Of a DNA stretch of 64,000 nucleotides, positions 48,253-57,626 are shown one piece after another. Source of the DNA: a virus; the IMG/VR virus record IMGVR_UViG_3300036770_007703, positions 1 to 64,000 of that record; one strand, given 5' to 3'. Each line of letters opens with the position of its first letter. Within the stretch, counting starts at the first letter, position 1. The notes under the pieces were generated by a model. The model did no database searches, was not told the DNA's origin, and worked only from the letters and a program-made list of their open reading frames with translations. A program made the position numbers and the translations under genes.

Positions 48253-48773
48253 ACCGACCCGGGCACAAAGACACCGAGTTTTTCTGGGGCGACGAAGTAG
48301 AGCATACTCCGGTTCATGGTGAACCTACCTTGTTCGTGGTAGGATATCAGACCCAAGAAGCCATTGACTCTGCATTGCGTGACGCCAACTTTGCCAACAT
48401 TCCCGGAACAATCCGACACATCTTTTTTGGTGCCAACGACAGCTATCGTCCACGCACCGCAGATGATTTCACAGCCTGGGAGAACGTGATCATGACTTAT
48501 CTGGATCGTGGATTCTGGTGCAGTCTGGACGTTCCGTTCCAGTATGTGGAAGAGTTCCACGAAGGTGGCTTGTGCGAGCGTGATCGATTCATCCCCATCA
48601 TCAAGGTTCCCGTTCCTTACATCCGGCTCTGGAACTACAACACCTGTGTCAAGATCGATGATAGAGATTTCGCAGCCAGCAATCCCGGTGTGTGGGTACA
48701 TCAGCTACATGACCTCTTGCCACGTGACCGTTTCACGTCATGGGCCGACTACGACAAGGACCGCACTGTATGA
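48249..48773 (+). CDS. Hypothetical protein of the modification locus
   Basis: G.EVE.TP..G..TLFVVG, HIFFGAN.SY, KIDD.DF..SNPGVW. Confidence 0.7.
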   Translation: MNRPGHKDTEFFWGDEVEHTPVHGEPTLFVVGYQTQEAIDSALRDANFANIPGTIRHIFFGANDSYRPRTADDFTAWENVIMTYLDRGFWCSLDVPFQYVEEFHEGGLCERDRFIPIIKVPVPYIRLWNYNTCVKIDDRDFAASNPGVWVHQLHDLLPRDRFTSWADYDKDRTV

Positions 48774-49084
48774 AATGGTTTGACCGATGGTTTGTCCGCA
48801 AATGCAAATGGGCCTGGGACAATCGAGATATCGCCGATGTGGCAGAGACATCGCGTCTCAATTCGGCGAAATATGCCACAGCAATAGAAGAGGATTCGAC
48901 ACCATGGAACGATGGTCTCCGCATCAATATAAAAAAGATGATCGGCGGGTTTGTTGTTAGTTTCCGTGTGTATGATCGAAAAACAGATCGCACAGATGAC
49001 CGTGCTTACATCATCACCGACGAGCAGGATTTCAACACCGAACTGGGCAAGATTATAACCATGGAATCAATGAGGCAGACATGA
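48770..49084 (+). CDS. Hypothetical protein
   Basis: Coupled ORF. Confidence 0.65.
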   Translation: MKWFDRWFVRKCKWAWDNRDIADVAETSRLNSAKYATAIEEDSTPWNDGLRINIKKMIGGFVVSFRVYDRKTDRTDDRAYIITDEQDFNTELGKIITMESMRQT

Positions 49085-49521
49085 ATCAAGACGAAAGAGC
49101 CACAGCAGAACGCATCAAAGACCGAGCACGGCGCATGATCTGGGTCACTTTCCGCAAGGAAGGCATCCATCGTTATCCGGCAGCGGCCACAGATCCCCGA
49201 CTGTGTGCCGCCGGCGAGTATGATGTCAGTTTCCTGGCCAATGCACACAGACACATCTTTCACTTCCGGGTGGGCATCCAGGTGTTCCACAATGATCGGG
49301 ACATCGAGTTTATCCAGTTCAAACGCTGGCTGGAAAATCTCTATAACAAAGGCACCTTGGAGTTAGACTTCAAAAGTTGCGAGATGATTTCTGACGACTT
49401 ATATATACACATAGCAGATCGATATCCCGGACGCGACGTGTACATCGAAGTGGCAGAAGACGGCGAGAACGGTTGTGAGATCCGCTACGAAACCCATCAA
49501 CCACAAACCATTTCAGTCTAA
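49081..49521 (+). CDS. QueD-like T-fold protein
   Basis: F...GIH.Y, HRH.FH, SCE, V.V.EDGENG layout parallels PTPS/QueD metal motifs. Confidence 0.65.
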   Translation: MNQDERATAERIKDRARRMIWVTFRKEGIHRYPAAATDPRLCAAGEYDVSFLANAHRHIFHFRVGIQVFHNDRDIEFIQFKRWLENLYNKGTLELDFKSCEMISDDLYIHIADRYPGRDVYIEVAEDGENGCEIRYETHQPQTISV

Positions 49522-49533
49522 CAAGGAGTAATC

Positions 49534-49746
49534 ATGGGCCGGCCCCAGATCAAATCCAATCCACGAACCCAGTCCACTTTTGAGGATCTGGAAAACTTTC
49601 TGGACTTTTGTCGCAACTATGGATACAAGTTCCATGAAGGTGATCTCTACAACTGGAAGAGCTACGCCTTCCAGCAATTCAACAAATTCCAACAAGGCAA
49701 GCCCGCCAAAGACATGTGGGCCATCGACGCACGCCGCGCAGGGTAG
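49534..49746 (+). CDS. Hypothetical protein
   Basis: AGGAG RBS; 70 aa. Confidence 0.7.
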   Translation: MGRPQIKSNPRTQSTFEDLENFLDFCRNYGYKFHEGDLYNWKSYAFQQFNKFQQGKPAKDMWAIDARRAG

Positions 49747-49747
49747 C

Positions 49748-50437
49748 ATGGACTTTGATCGAGTCGGTCCAAAGTCTCGCGAACTGTGGCAACGTGTTTT
49801 TGATGGCAAGTCCGTCTTAGACATTGCCAGTCACACCGGGCGCACCAGTCAAGACATATTAGATTTTGGTGCGCGACGAGTCGTGGGACTAGAGCCCAGA
49901 CCCGACATGGTGATAGAAGCCCGCAGACAGAGATCCGATCCAAGGATAGAGTTCATCTGCGGTGATGCCACCGATGCCAGGATCATGCCGGCTTTGCTCG
50001 CCGAGGTAGACACAGTGGCCTGCCTGGGTGTACTATATCACATGCATGATCACTTCAACTTCTTCAAGTCGGTATGCGTGAGTCCGGTGCGATATCTCGT
50101 GATCGAGACCTTGTTTGGACTCGAAAGTCCCAATCCCACCATGCTATGCAACGTGGAATCGTCGCAGGAACAGGACCGAACATGTGGCATCAACGTGGGA
50201 TTTGATCGTGTCATGGTGGGCGCTCCCAACTTGGCCTGGATACATTCGGTGTTGGAGATATTTGGGTGGCACATCACATGGTTCAGCACCTACATCAGCC
50301 ACTTGCCCGATGACCGGATGTTGATCGTGGCCGAGAACAGCAGATACAGTGCTGGGACGCTGTTGCCCGGAGATCTCTGGCAGTGGCATGTTGAACCCGG
50401 TCACACAGTTGGTAGCAAGCATTTCAGTTTATATTAA
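49748..50437 (+). CDS. Class I SAM-dependent methyltransferase
   Basis: VLDIASHTG, VVGLEPR, GDA, CLGVLYH. Confidence 0.8.
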   Translation: MDFDRVGPKSRELWQRVFDGKSVLDIASHTGRTSQDILDFGARRVVGLEPRPDMVIEARRQRSDPRIEFICGDATDARIMPALLAEVDTVACLGVLYHMHDHFNFFKSVCVSPVRYLVIETLFGLESPNPTMLCNVESSQEQDRTCGINVGFDRVMVGAPNLAWIHSVLEIFGWHITWFSTYISHLPDDRMLIVAENSRYSAGTLLPGDLWQWHVEPGHTVGSKHFSLY

Positions 50438-50449
50438 CAAGGACGCATG

Positions 50450-51667
50450 ATGAGAAAACTTTTTTACATGGGGCTGGAAAGTTATGAGGCCCGTTATACC
50501 CTGCAACTCACAGAGTGGAACCGCCGTGTGTTTGAACGACGCGGTATCGATGTTGTGTATGTGCCCGGCAGCACCATCGATGACACCCAGAGTATCTCTG
50601 TGGGACAGGTCTTGGATGCACATGGTCGCAGTTATTTCTCAATGAGCCAGATGATGAATCTGGTACAATGGATGCGCAACGGAGAGGTCACCAATGAAGA
50701 TGTTATCTACTTTGAAGACATGTTTCAGCCCGGTATCGAGAGCTTACCTTATATTCTTGATCAAGTGCCTGAGTCTCAGCGTCCTCGCATTTTTGTCCGT
50801 TGTCTTGCTCAAGCCATTGATCCTGATGACTTCGTTCATGTCTGGGGCATGGCAGGCTGGATGTCAACGTATGAAAAGATGGTGAATCAGATCCCCGGCG
50901 TCACTGTGTTGGCCACCAACGAAGAGATGGTTGCTCACATGCGTATCGCGGGCTGGACTGCTCCCATCTACAATATCTCGGGCCTGGCGTTTGGCAAGGC
51001 GGAAGTGCTGGAACGCATTGGTGGTGCTGATTACATAAAACCATTCGCAAACAGAACCATGCGTGTAGGGTTTGCTGCCAGATTTGATCAGGAGAAACAG
51101 CCCGACTTTTATATGGACTTGATCGAGATGTATCTTGCGCAAGGTCGTCACAAGCACGTTGAGTTCGCTGTGTTTTCGGGTGGACCCTTGCGTAGCAATA
51201 ATCCTCGATACCTCGAACGTGCTCGGGACATGCAAGCCCAAGGCAAGTTAAAAATCTATGACGGGCTGAAGAAAAATGATTATTACCATCTCCTCAATGA
51301 TACTCGCGTGTTGTTCAATTGCGCCCTCCAAGATTGGGTCAGCAACACTGTTAGCGAAGCCGACACCTTGGGTTGTAATGTGCTGTATCCTGCATATCGC
51401 AGTTTCCCCGAGACCTTTGCCAACGACCCCCAGCGCTTGTATGTGCCTTGGAGCATAGATGATGCCTTCCACAAGTTGGAGAATCTCTTGGCAGAGCCAC
51501 ATCACAACATGGGCTTGATCTCGGCATGGACCAATGGCACAGTGGATCGTTGTCTAGACATCATGCTGGGCCAAGGCGAAGAATGGCGCAGAGACGGTGC
51601 TCGTTATCGAGATCATGTGAACACAGCCAAGTATGCTGTGCGGAAAGTCGAGGATCAAAATGTCTGA
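50450..51667 (+). CDS. GT-B fold glycosyltransferase (GT4-like)
   Basis: FAARFDQEKQP and LQDWVSNTVSEA..LGC..LYP nucleotide-sugar-binding region. Confidence 0.75.
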   Translation: MRKLFYMGLESYEARYTLQLTEWNRRVFERRGIDVVYVPGSTIDDTQSISVGQVLDAHGRSYFSMSQMMNLVQWMRNGEVTNEDVIYFEDMFQPGIESLPYILDQVPESQRPRIFVRCLAQAIDPDDFVHVWGMAGWMSTYEKMVNQIPGVTVLATNEEMVAHMRIAGWTAPIYNISGLAFGKAEVLERIGGADYIKPFANRTMRVGFAARFDQEKQPDFYMDLIEMYLAQGRHKHVEFAVFSGGPLRSNNPRYLERARDMQAQGKLKIYDGLKKNDYYHLLNDTRVLFNCALQDWVSNTVSEADTLGCNVLYPAYRSFPETFANDPQRLYVPWSIDDAFHKLENLLAEPHHNMGLISAWTNGTVDRCLDIMLGQGEEWRRDGARYRDHVNTAKYAVRKVEDQNV

Positions 51668-52619
51668 ACGTGTGGTAGTTACCGGTAGTTCGGGTTATAT
51701 CGGAGGCCAGACCACGATACGCCTCAAGGAACTGGGGTATCATGTGATCGGTATCGATGTGCAATCGTGTCCGCAAAGGTTGCGCAGTTATCAGGATCGT
51801 TCCTTTCAAGAAGACTACGCCAGTCGATTCGCCTTGGACTTGATCGCAGACTCGCAGCCCTTGGCCATCATCCATTGTGCTGGCACCAGTTTGGTGGGTC
51901 CCAGCCTCTTGGACCCAGAAAGATACTACAACAACAACTTCGTGAAAACCAAGCGTTTGATGGATCATGTGCGGGTGCGTGTTCCAAAAACACGCATGGT
52001 GTTTTCGAGCTCGGCTGCGGTGTACGGGGAACCAGTGATGACTCCATGTCACGAAGTTGATCCCACTCTCCCGATATCGCCTTATGGCGAAAGCAAACTC
52101 ATGATCGAAATGCTGCTACAGGCCTATCAACGTGCGTATGGAACCGATTTCGTGGCACTGAGATATTTCAATGCCGCCGGCGCTGACCCCAAGGGACGTC
52201 ATGGACAAAATCCAGCAGCCACACATCTCGTGGCTCGTGTGTTAGAGGCCAGCTTGAATCAATCCATGTTCACGCTCAACGGCAACGATTACCCCACACC
52301 TGATGGAACCTGCATCCGAGATTACATACACGTGGACGATCTCGCCGATGCACATGTGCGTGCCATGCTGCCAGAAACTGCGCCCGGGATTTACAATCTT
52401 GGCACCAATTCAGGACACAGCAATCTAGAAGTGATCGACACTGCCCGGAAAATCACTGGCATCGAACTGACCGTGGCACAAGGCCCCGCACGGGTGGGGG
52501 ATCCAGCACAGCTCACTGCGAACTCAGAAAAGTTTCGTTTGGCCACCGATTGGAAGCCCAAGTGGACGCTCGAGGACATCATTGCACATGCCTGGAGATG
52601 GTATCGCGATGGCGTTTGA
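51660..52619 (+). CDS. galE: UDP-glucose 4-epimerase
   Basis: VTGSSGYIG, FSSSAAVYG, YGESK, LRYFNAAGA, DGTCIRDYIHV.DLA.AH. Confidence 0.9.
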   Translation: MSERVVVTGSSGYIGGQTTIRLKELGYHVIGIDVQSCPQRLRSYQDRSFQEDYASRFALDLIADSQPLAIIHCAGTSLVGPSLLDPERYYNNNFVKTKRLMDHVRVRVPKTRMVFSSSAAVYGEPVMTPCHEVDPTLPISPYGESKLMIEMLLQAYQRAYGTDFVALRYFNAAGADPKGRHGQNPAATHLVARVLEASLNQSMFTLNGNDYPTPDGTCIRDYIHVDDLADAHVRAMLPETAPGIYNLGTNSGHSNLEVIDTARKITGIELTVAQGPARVGDPAQLTANSEKFRLATDWKPKWTLEDIIAHAWRWYRDGV

Positions 52620-53190
52620 TGCTCTGTTTGATTTCGAAAAAGCCTTGGCCGAATTCACTGGTGCACCTTATGTGGTGGTCACTGACGGTTGTACACATGC
52701 CATTGAACTTTGCATGAGATACCACGGTGTAAAGAAAACACGATTCACAGCATTTACCTATCTCAGCATACCGCAGCTGATGCGTCAACTTGACATCGAA
52801 CACGATCTGATCGGAGAAGAGTGGCACGGAGAATACCAATTCTATGACACCTGTATCTGGGATTCGGCCCGGCGGCTCGAATCCAACATGTACCGCAGTG
52901 GACAACGACAGTGCGTGAGTTTTGGTTTCGACAAACCGTTGGCCTTGGGCAAGGGTGGTGCTGTGTTGTTGGATGATCATCACGAATGGGAAGTGCTGTC
53001 ACGCTGGCGAGCCGATGGTCGAGATCTGCGAATATCACCGTGGCAACAACAGGTGAGATTTGGTCCTGGATGGCATTATTGTCCCACTCTAGAACTGTGT
53101 CGCCAAGGTTTGGCATTGCTGTCGGGGTTCTCTGGTGCTTGCCAGACAGCAAAGTATCCAGATTGTCGACAAATAGTGCTGGAATCTTGA
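52609..53190 (+). CDS. Compact DegT/DnrJ-type PLP aminotransferase-like protein
   Basis: FEKALAEFTGA.Y.V....CT.AI.L, DSA, SF...K.L..GKGG. Only 193 aa. Confidence 0.7.
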   Translation: MAFDALFDFEKALAEFTGAPYVVVTDGCTHAIELCMRYHGVKKTRFTAFTYLSIPQLMRQLDIEHDLIGEEWHGEYQFYDTCIWDSARRLESNMYRSGQRQCVSFGFDKPLALGKGGAVLLDDHHEWEVLSRWRADGRDLRISPWQQQVRFGPGWHYCPTLELCRQGLALLSGFSGACQTAKYPDCRQIVLES

Positions 53191-53250
53191 CCACGACCTA
53201 AATATCTTGTACAATAACAGCATGGCGATCCACCGCCCTAACTCGGAGAC
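53187..53250 (+). promoter_or_regulatory. Overlapping sigma70-like and late promoters plus 5' leader hairpin of folE
   Basis: TTGACC-N17-TACAAT (53187-53215) with TAAATA at 53199; hairpin GGCG-ATCCAC-CGCC; GGAG RBS. Confidence 0.6.
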
Positions 53251-53254
53251 TGTA

Positions 53255-53953
53255 ATGGAAAATGGGAAATACCTCAGCGATATTATCCGCAAGAACATGC
53301 GGGACAACAACAAACGATTCTGGGCCGGAGACAACATCTCCGACTATGTGCGTGACACAGATGTACCGTTCCTGATAGACGAAGCCACCGAAGCCTTTGA
53401 ACTGGTGTTGGATCGGCTCCTGATCGATAGAGAAACCGATCCCAACTCAAAGGGCACAGCACGCAGATTGGCCAAGATGTACTACAACGAGATCATGGCC
53501 GGTCGCTATGATGCCGCGCCTGATTGCACAGCGTTTCCCAATGATTCAGAGGATAGATATGAAGGAATGTTGGTGGTGCGGAGCGAAATCCGCAGCATGT
53601 GCAGCCATCATCACCAACCTGTTGTGGGTGTGGCTTATATTGGCATATTGGCTGCTCACAAGCTCATCGGGCTTTCCAAATATACCCGGATCGCCCAGTG
53701 GTGCAGCCGGCGTGGCACGCTACAGGAAGAACTCTGCAACGACATCGCCAGAGAGATCATGAAGGTCACTGACAGCCAGGACGTGGGAGTGTATATCCAA
53801 GCCACCCACGGCTGTTGCGAGAATCGTGGCATCATGGCACATTCCAGCCTCACCCAGACCACTGTGCTACATGGCATGTTCAAGACCGATCCTGCCGTGA
53901 AAAAAGAGTTCATCGACAACATCAAACTACAGCAGGACTTTGCACCAAGATGA
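53255..53953 (+). CDS. folE: GTP cyclohydrolase I
   Basis: T..R.AKMY, SMCSHH, GLSK..R, LQE, HGC...RG. Confidence 0.95.
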   Translation: MENGKYLSDIIRKNMRDNNKRFWAGDNISDYVRDTDVPFLIDEATEAFELVLDRLLIDRETDPNSKGTARRLAKMYYNEIMAGRYDAAPDCTAFPNDSEDRYEGMLVVRSEIRSMCSHHHQPVVGVAYIGILAAHKLIGLSKYTRIAQWCSRRGTLQEELCNDIAREIMKVTDSQDVGVYIQATHGCCENRGIMAHSSLTQTTVLHGMFKTDPAVKKEFIDNIKLQQDFAPR

Positions 53954-54345
53954 CAGATCTAGAACAAGCCCAACAACAACGAATAGCACCCTGGGATGAC
54001 GTGGTATGGGAGGACTTCCATGTCACGGTGTTTCGTGATCGGTATCCCGTGACTCCCGGCCATTTGTTGTTTGTGCCCAAATACAACAACAACGGCGTGA
54101 TACGCGAAGCACTGGCCAGTGCCCAGATCGAAGGAGACAACATGGTAGCCCGTGGCGACTGCGACGGCTACAACATCGGTCTCAACCAGGGACGATCGGC
54201 CGGACAAACAGTGATGTACCCTCATGTGCATCTCATTCCGCGACGCACCGGCGACTGCGCCGACCCCACAGGTGGTGTTCGTGGTGTGATACCCACTCAA
54301 CAGAATTACAAAAACACAGACTACAAAGATCCCACAGGTAAGTAA
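53950..54345 (+). CDS. HIT-family nucleotide hydrolase
   Basis: D.YPVTPGH.L.VPK, AGQTV..PHVHLIPR. Confidence 0.9.
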   Translation: MTDLEQAQQQRIAPWDDVVWEDFHVTVFRDRYPVTPGHLLFVPKYNNNGVIREALASAQIEGDNMVARGDCDGYNIGLNQGRSAGQTVMYPHVHLIPRRTGDCADPTGGVRGVIPTQQNYKNTDYKDPTGK

Positions 54346-54351
54346 CTGCTC

Positions 54352-54400
54352 AGCGGTCTCTCAATGACGCTCATCCCGCTCTATAAATTCTGCGTGTCAT
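54352..54400 (+). ncRNA. Candidate preQ1-I-like riboswitch/pseudoknot in the queD leader
   Basis: P1 AGCGG/CCGCT, loop ending CATC, A-rich CTATAAA tail; loop ATGACGC complementary to downstream GCGT(G)TCAT. Confidence 0.5.
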
Positions 54401-54431
54401 CAAACTTGCCCCTTATCACAGGAGACTAGAG

Positions 54432-54947
54432 ATGGCAAAATTCTATTCAACAAAAACCTATGGCAATGATCGCGGACTCAGCTGTTGTTTCCGGCAGTGG
54501 AGATCCACTCACAGTCATTGTTCTACCTTGCATGGATACAGCATAGGTATACGATTGATCTTTGAAAGCGAAACACTAGATGAACGCAACTGGGTCATGG
54601 ACTTCGGTGGACTCAAAGACTTCAAGGCCTGGGCCGACTACATGTTTGATCACACTCTGGTCATTGCCGAGGATGACCCGCATCTAGACTTTTTTAAAAT
54701 GATGGCCCAGCAGGTCACTGCGGGGTCCGAGAATCCCAACAGCTTTGTTCCACACGAGCGAGGAGCATTGTGCGACTTGCGTATAGTGCCAGCTGTGGGC
54801 TGTGAAATGTTTGCCAAACTGGCCTATGACAAAATGGCCGAATTGCTAAAGTCCGGCAAATCTAGGTATGTTATCAACCCAGGAGTTCGTGTAAAATCAG
54901 TTGAAGTATTCGAACACGGCGCCAACTCAGCGATCTACGAGGGCTAA
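54432..54947 (+). CDS. queD: 6-carboxy-tetrahydropterin synthase
   Basis: HCSTLHGY, WVMDFGGLK, FDHT, GCE, V.VFEH..NSA.Y. Confidence 0.9.
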   Translation: MAKFYSTKTYGNDRGLSCCFRQWRSTHSHCSTLHGYSIGIRLIFESETLDERNWVMDFGGLKDFKAWADYMFDHTLVIAEDDPHLDFFKMMAQQVTAGSENPNSFVPHERGALCDLRIVPAVGCEMFAKLAYDKMAELLKSGKSRYVINPGVRVKSVEVFEHGANSAIYEG

Positions 54948-54959
54948 AAGGACTTGGTC

Positions 54960-55673
54960 ATGTCATACATCTATGAATACCGATACTATCAACGCAGTGA
55001 TGGTATTCAAAGCTGGAAGAACCGTTCGTTAAAATTCGGTGACGCCATGGCTGCCTTGTGTTATGCCCACGACATACCCTGGGACTATCTCGAAGTATCG
55101 TTCCCCGAATGTTTCAAGCGCAACGAACTGGGACGATTGGAACGTCATCCCTACAGCGTCGACGATCAGATCGAGTTCATGCAAGAGATGGCGCAGCGGC
55201 ACCCCAAACGTGTGCTGGAGATTGGTGGCGGAAGAGGTGAGGTGGCCAATGTGTTGACACACATGGGCATACCCACAGTCAGCATCGAGACCGGACCCGA
55301 TTGTGATCGATGGTATCGAGAAACCGGACAGCAATTCTTTGGCAACGATGCATTGGTACAGCCCTTGAACATTGGTCTAGATCAAGCTCGGCGCGATCTA
55401 GATCTGTCTGAGTTTGACACCATCATCATGGTAGAGACACTGGAACACATTCCTGTCGAAGAGTTTGATCCTTTCTGGGATCATGTGGTAGAAAAATTCC
55501 GTGGTAGATTCGTAGTCACTAACTGGAAAAATTTCCATCCCATTTGGGTAGGTCGTGGTGCAGGCCCCCAAGAACATTGCCGTTTGGTAGACGACGATCT
55601 CTATGATCGATTCAGTTCGCAGGCACGAGAAGTCGTGATCCGAGACGGTAGCCATCTAGTATTGGATTTGTAA
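54960..55673 (+). CDS. Class I SAM-dependent methyltransferase
   Basis: VLEIGGGRGE, FDTIIMVETLEHI. Confidence 0.8.
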   Translation: MSYIYEYRYYQRSDGIQSWKNRSLKFGDAMAALCYAHDIPWDYLEVSFPECFKRNELGRLERHPYSVDDQIEFMQEMAQRHPKRVLEIGGGRGEVANVLTHMGIPTVSIETGPDCDRWYRETGQQFFGNDALVQPLNIGLDQARRDLDLSEFDTIIMVETLEHIPVEEFDPFWDHVVEKFRGRFVVTNWKNFHPIWVGRGAGPQEHCRLVDDDLYDRFSSQAREVVIRDGSHLVLDL

Positions 55674-56471
55674 ATGTTATCTATATTATTGCCCACTCGC
55701 GGTCGACAGGAATCTCTCAAGCACAGCGTGATGAGCCTGGTAGATCTGGCCAACGACAACACCCAGATCGAATGGTGGTTTGGTTTTGACGACGATGATC
55801 AAAGCAGTTTGGAATATTGCCAGCGTGAAATCTTGCCCGAGCTTGATCGTCGAGGCAGTGTTTATACCGTGATGCAGTTCCAGCGACTGGGCTACGGTCG
55901 CCTCAATGAATACGTGAATGCCCTGGCACGTGATGCCACCGGCGATTGGTTGATCTTCTGGAACGACGATGCTGTGATGCGCACCCAAGACTGGGACGTG
56001 GTGATACGCAGCCACACCGGGAAGTTCGTGATACAGGCGTTTGACACACACAAAAAACACCCGTATTCGATATTTCCCATCGTTCCGCGCGAGTGGAGAG
56101 ACGAACTTGGGCTGTTGAGCCATCATCCGCTCAATGATGCCTGGATCAGCCAGATCGCCTGGATCTTGGACATCATGGTGAGGATCGACGTGGTAGTGGA
56201 TCACGAACGATTTGATCTCACCGGCAAAAACGGTGATGACACCTACAAAGAACGGCAGATCTACGAAGGCAATGTCAACGATCCCAGAGATTTCAATCAC
56301 ATCAGCAATCGACGTGTGAGACTTGATGCTGCTAACCGGCTGGCCCGCTACATGGCCAAACGCAAAGATTGTGATCTCACTCACTGGAACGAAGTGGCAC
56401 AGGGACGCAGAGATCCTTGGTCCAAGATGCTGGAGTCAGATGTCAACAACCAAATGATGAGGATAGTTTGA
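55674..56471 (+). CDS. GT2-family glycosyltransferase
   Basis: SILLPTRGR, FDDDD, N.LA..ATGDWL..WNDD. Confidence 0.85.
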   Translation: MLSILLPTRGRQESLKHSVMSLVDLANDNTQIEWWFGFDDDDQSSLEYCQREILPELDRRGSVYTVMQFQRLGYGRLNEYVNALARDATGDWLIFWNDDAVMRTQDWDVVIRSHTGKFVIQAFDTHKKHPYSIFPIVPREWRDELGLLSHHPLNDAWISQIAWILDIMVRIDVVVDHERFDLTGKNGDDTYKERQIYEGNVNDPRDFNHISNRRVRLDAANRLARYMAKRKDCDLTHWNEVAQGRRDPWSKMLESDVNNQMMRIV

Positions 56472-57046
56472 TGAAAAAAGTCTATGTGAGTTGGACCGAT
56501 GTACAACGTCAAACACAGGATATCATTCGTCAGATGAATCTAGACGACTGGAGACCCGACTACGTGGTGGGTATCACTCGCGGAGGATTGGCGCCAGCGG
56601 TGCTGATAAGCCAATATCTAAATGTGCGCATGGAAACGCTCAAGGTCAGTTTGCGTGACAACGTGGATTGTGAAACCAATTGCTGGATGCCCGAGGATGC
56701 GTTTGGATATGTGTGGAAAGAACATCGCAAGGATCCAGAGGTCACCAGCGACATCGATCGCAGACAACGCATACTCATCGTGGACGACATCAATGATTCC
56801 GGTGAAACCTTGAACTGGATAAAAAACGACTGGCAAAGTTCTTGCATGCCCAATGATCCGGCCTGGCAAGACATATGGAATCACAACGTGCGCATCGCTG
56901 TGTTGTACCAAAACGAAAGCAGCCATTCTGAATTGACTCCTGACTATGCAGCCGAAGTCATCAACAAACTGGAGGAACCACAGTGGGTGGTGTTTCCCTG
57001 GGAAGAGTGGTGGCGGAGATGGAACCCCAGCGAGGAGCATCAATGA
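56471..57046 (+). CDS. Purine phosphoribosyltransferase (Gpt/Hpt-like)
   Basis: VVGITRGGL, ILIVDDINDSGET (PRPP motif), WVVFPWE. Confidence 0.88.
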   Translation: MKKVYVSWTDVQRQTQDIIRQMNLDDWRPDYVVGITRGGLAPAVLISQYLNVRMETLKVSLRDNVDCETNCWMPEDAFGYVWKEHRKDPEVTSDIDRRQRILIVDDINDSGETLNWIKNDWQSSCMPNDPAWQDIWNHNVRIAVLYQNESSHSELTPDYAAEVINKLEEPQWVVFPWEEWWRRWNPSEEHQ

Positions 57047-57378
57047 AGGATCAGCCAGATCTCAACATCATGACCACCGGTGTTTATGATGATGCACGCT
57101 CATTTCGTGTGGCCTGTGACTGCCATGACAATGATCACGATGTCGACGTCTGGATCGAAGTTGAAACTGAGGAGGAATCGCCGGGAATCACCGTAACATT
57201 TTATCGTGAACTAGATACTCCGTGGTGGGAATCGGGTTTCAACCGATTCCGCGAAGCCTGGCGCATCCTGGTGCATGGACGCAGCCGATTCTCTGGCACA
57301 TTGATCATGCAGGCCGAAACTGCCGAGGCCTTGTGTGACGCTATCCGATCATCAATTGAAAGATTAAAGAAACGATGA
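57043..57378 (+). CDS. Hypothetical protein
   Basis: Coupled ORF with a CDC...H motif. Confidence 0.65.
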   Translation: MKDQPDLNIMTTGVYDDARSFRVACDCHDNDHDVDVWIEVETEEESPGITVTFYRELDTPWWESGFNRFREAWRILVHGRSRFSGTLIMQAETAEALCDAIRSSIERLKKR

Positions 57379-57626
57379 CACTACCCGACGAACGCTATCG
57401 TGCCGTCAAGCACACTGAACAGTTCCTACGGCGTCTAGCAGCTGGAGATATTCCCCGTGTGCCCAAGGCAGTTCGCGATGAAGCTCGAGCCCTGTTGCGA
57501 CACTATCCTAATCAATGGGATATAGACAGGTTGGCAGAAAAATCACCTGATGTGATAACAAAAGAAATGGAACCACTCACCAAAATGGTGATGCAATACG
57601 ATATCAACCAAAAGGAAAATCCATGA
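57375..57626 (+). CDS. Hypothetical protein
   Basis: MTLPDER.RA...FL..L...P.VP..VR..AR.LLRHYP. Confidence 0.7.
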   Translation: MTLPDERYRAVKHTEQFLRRLAAGDIPRVPKAVRDEARALLRHYPNQWDIDRLAEKSPDVITKEMEPLTKMVMQYDINQKENP

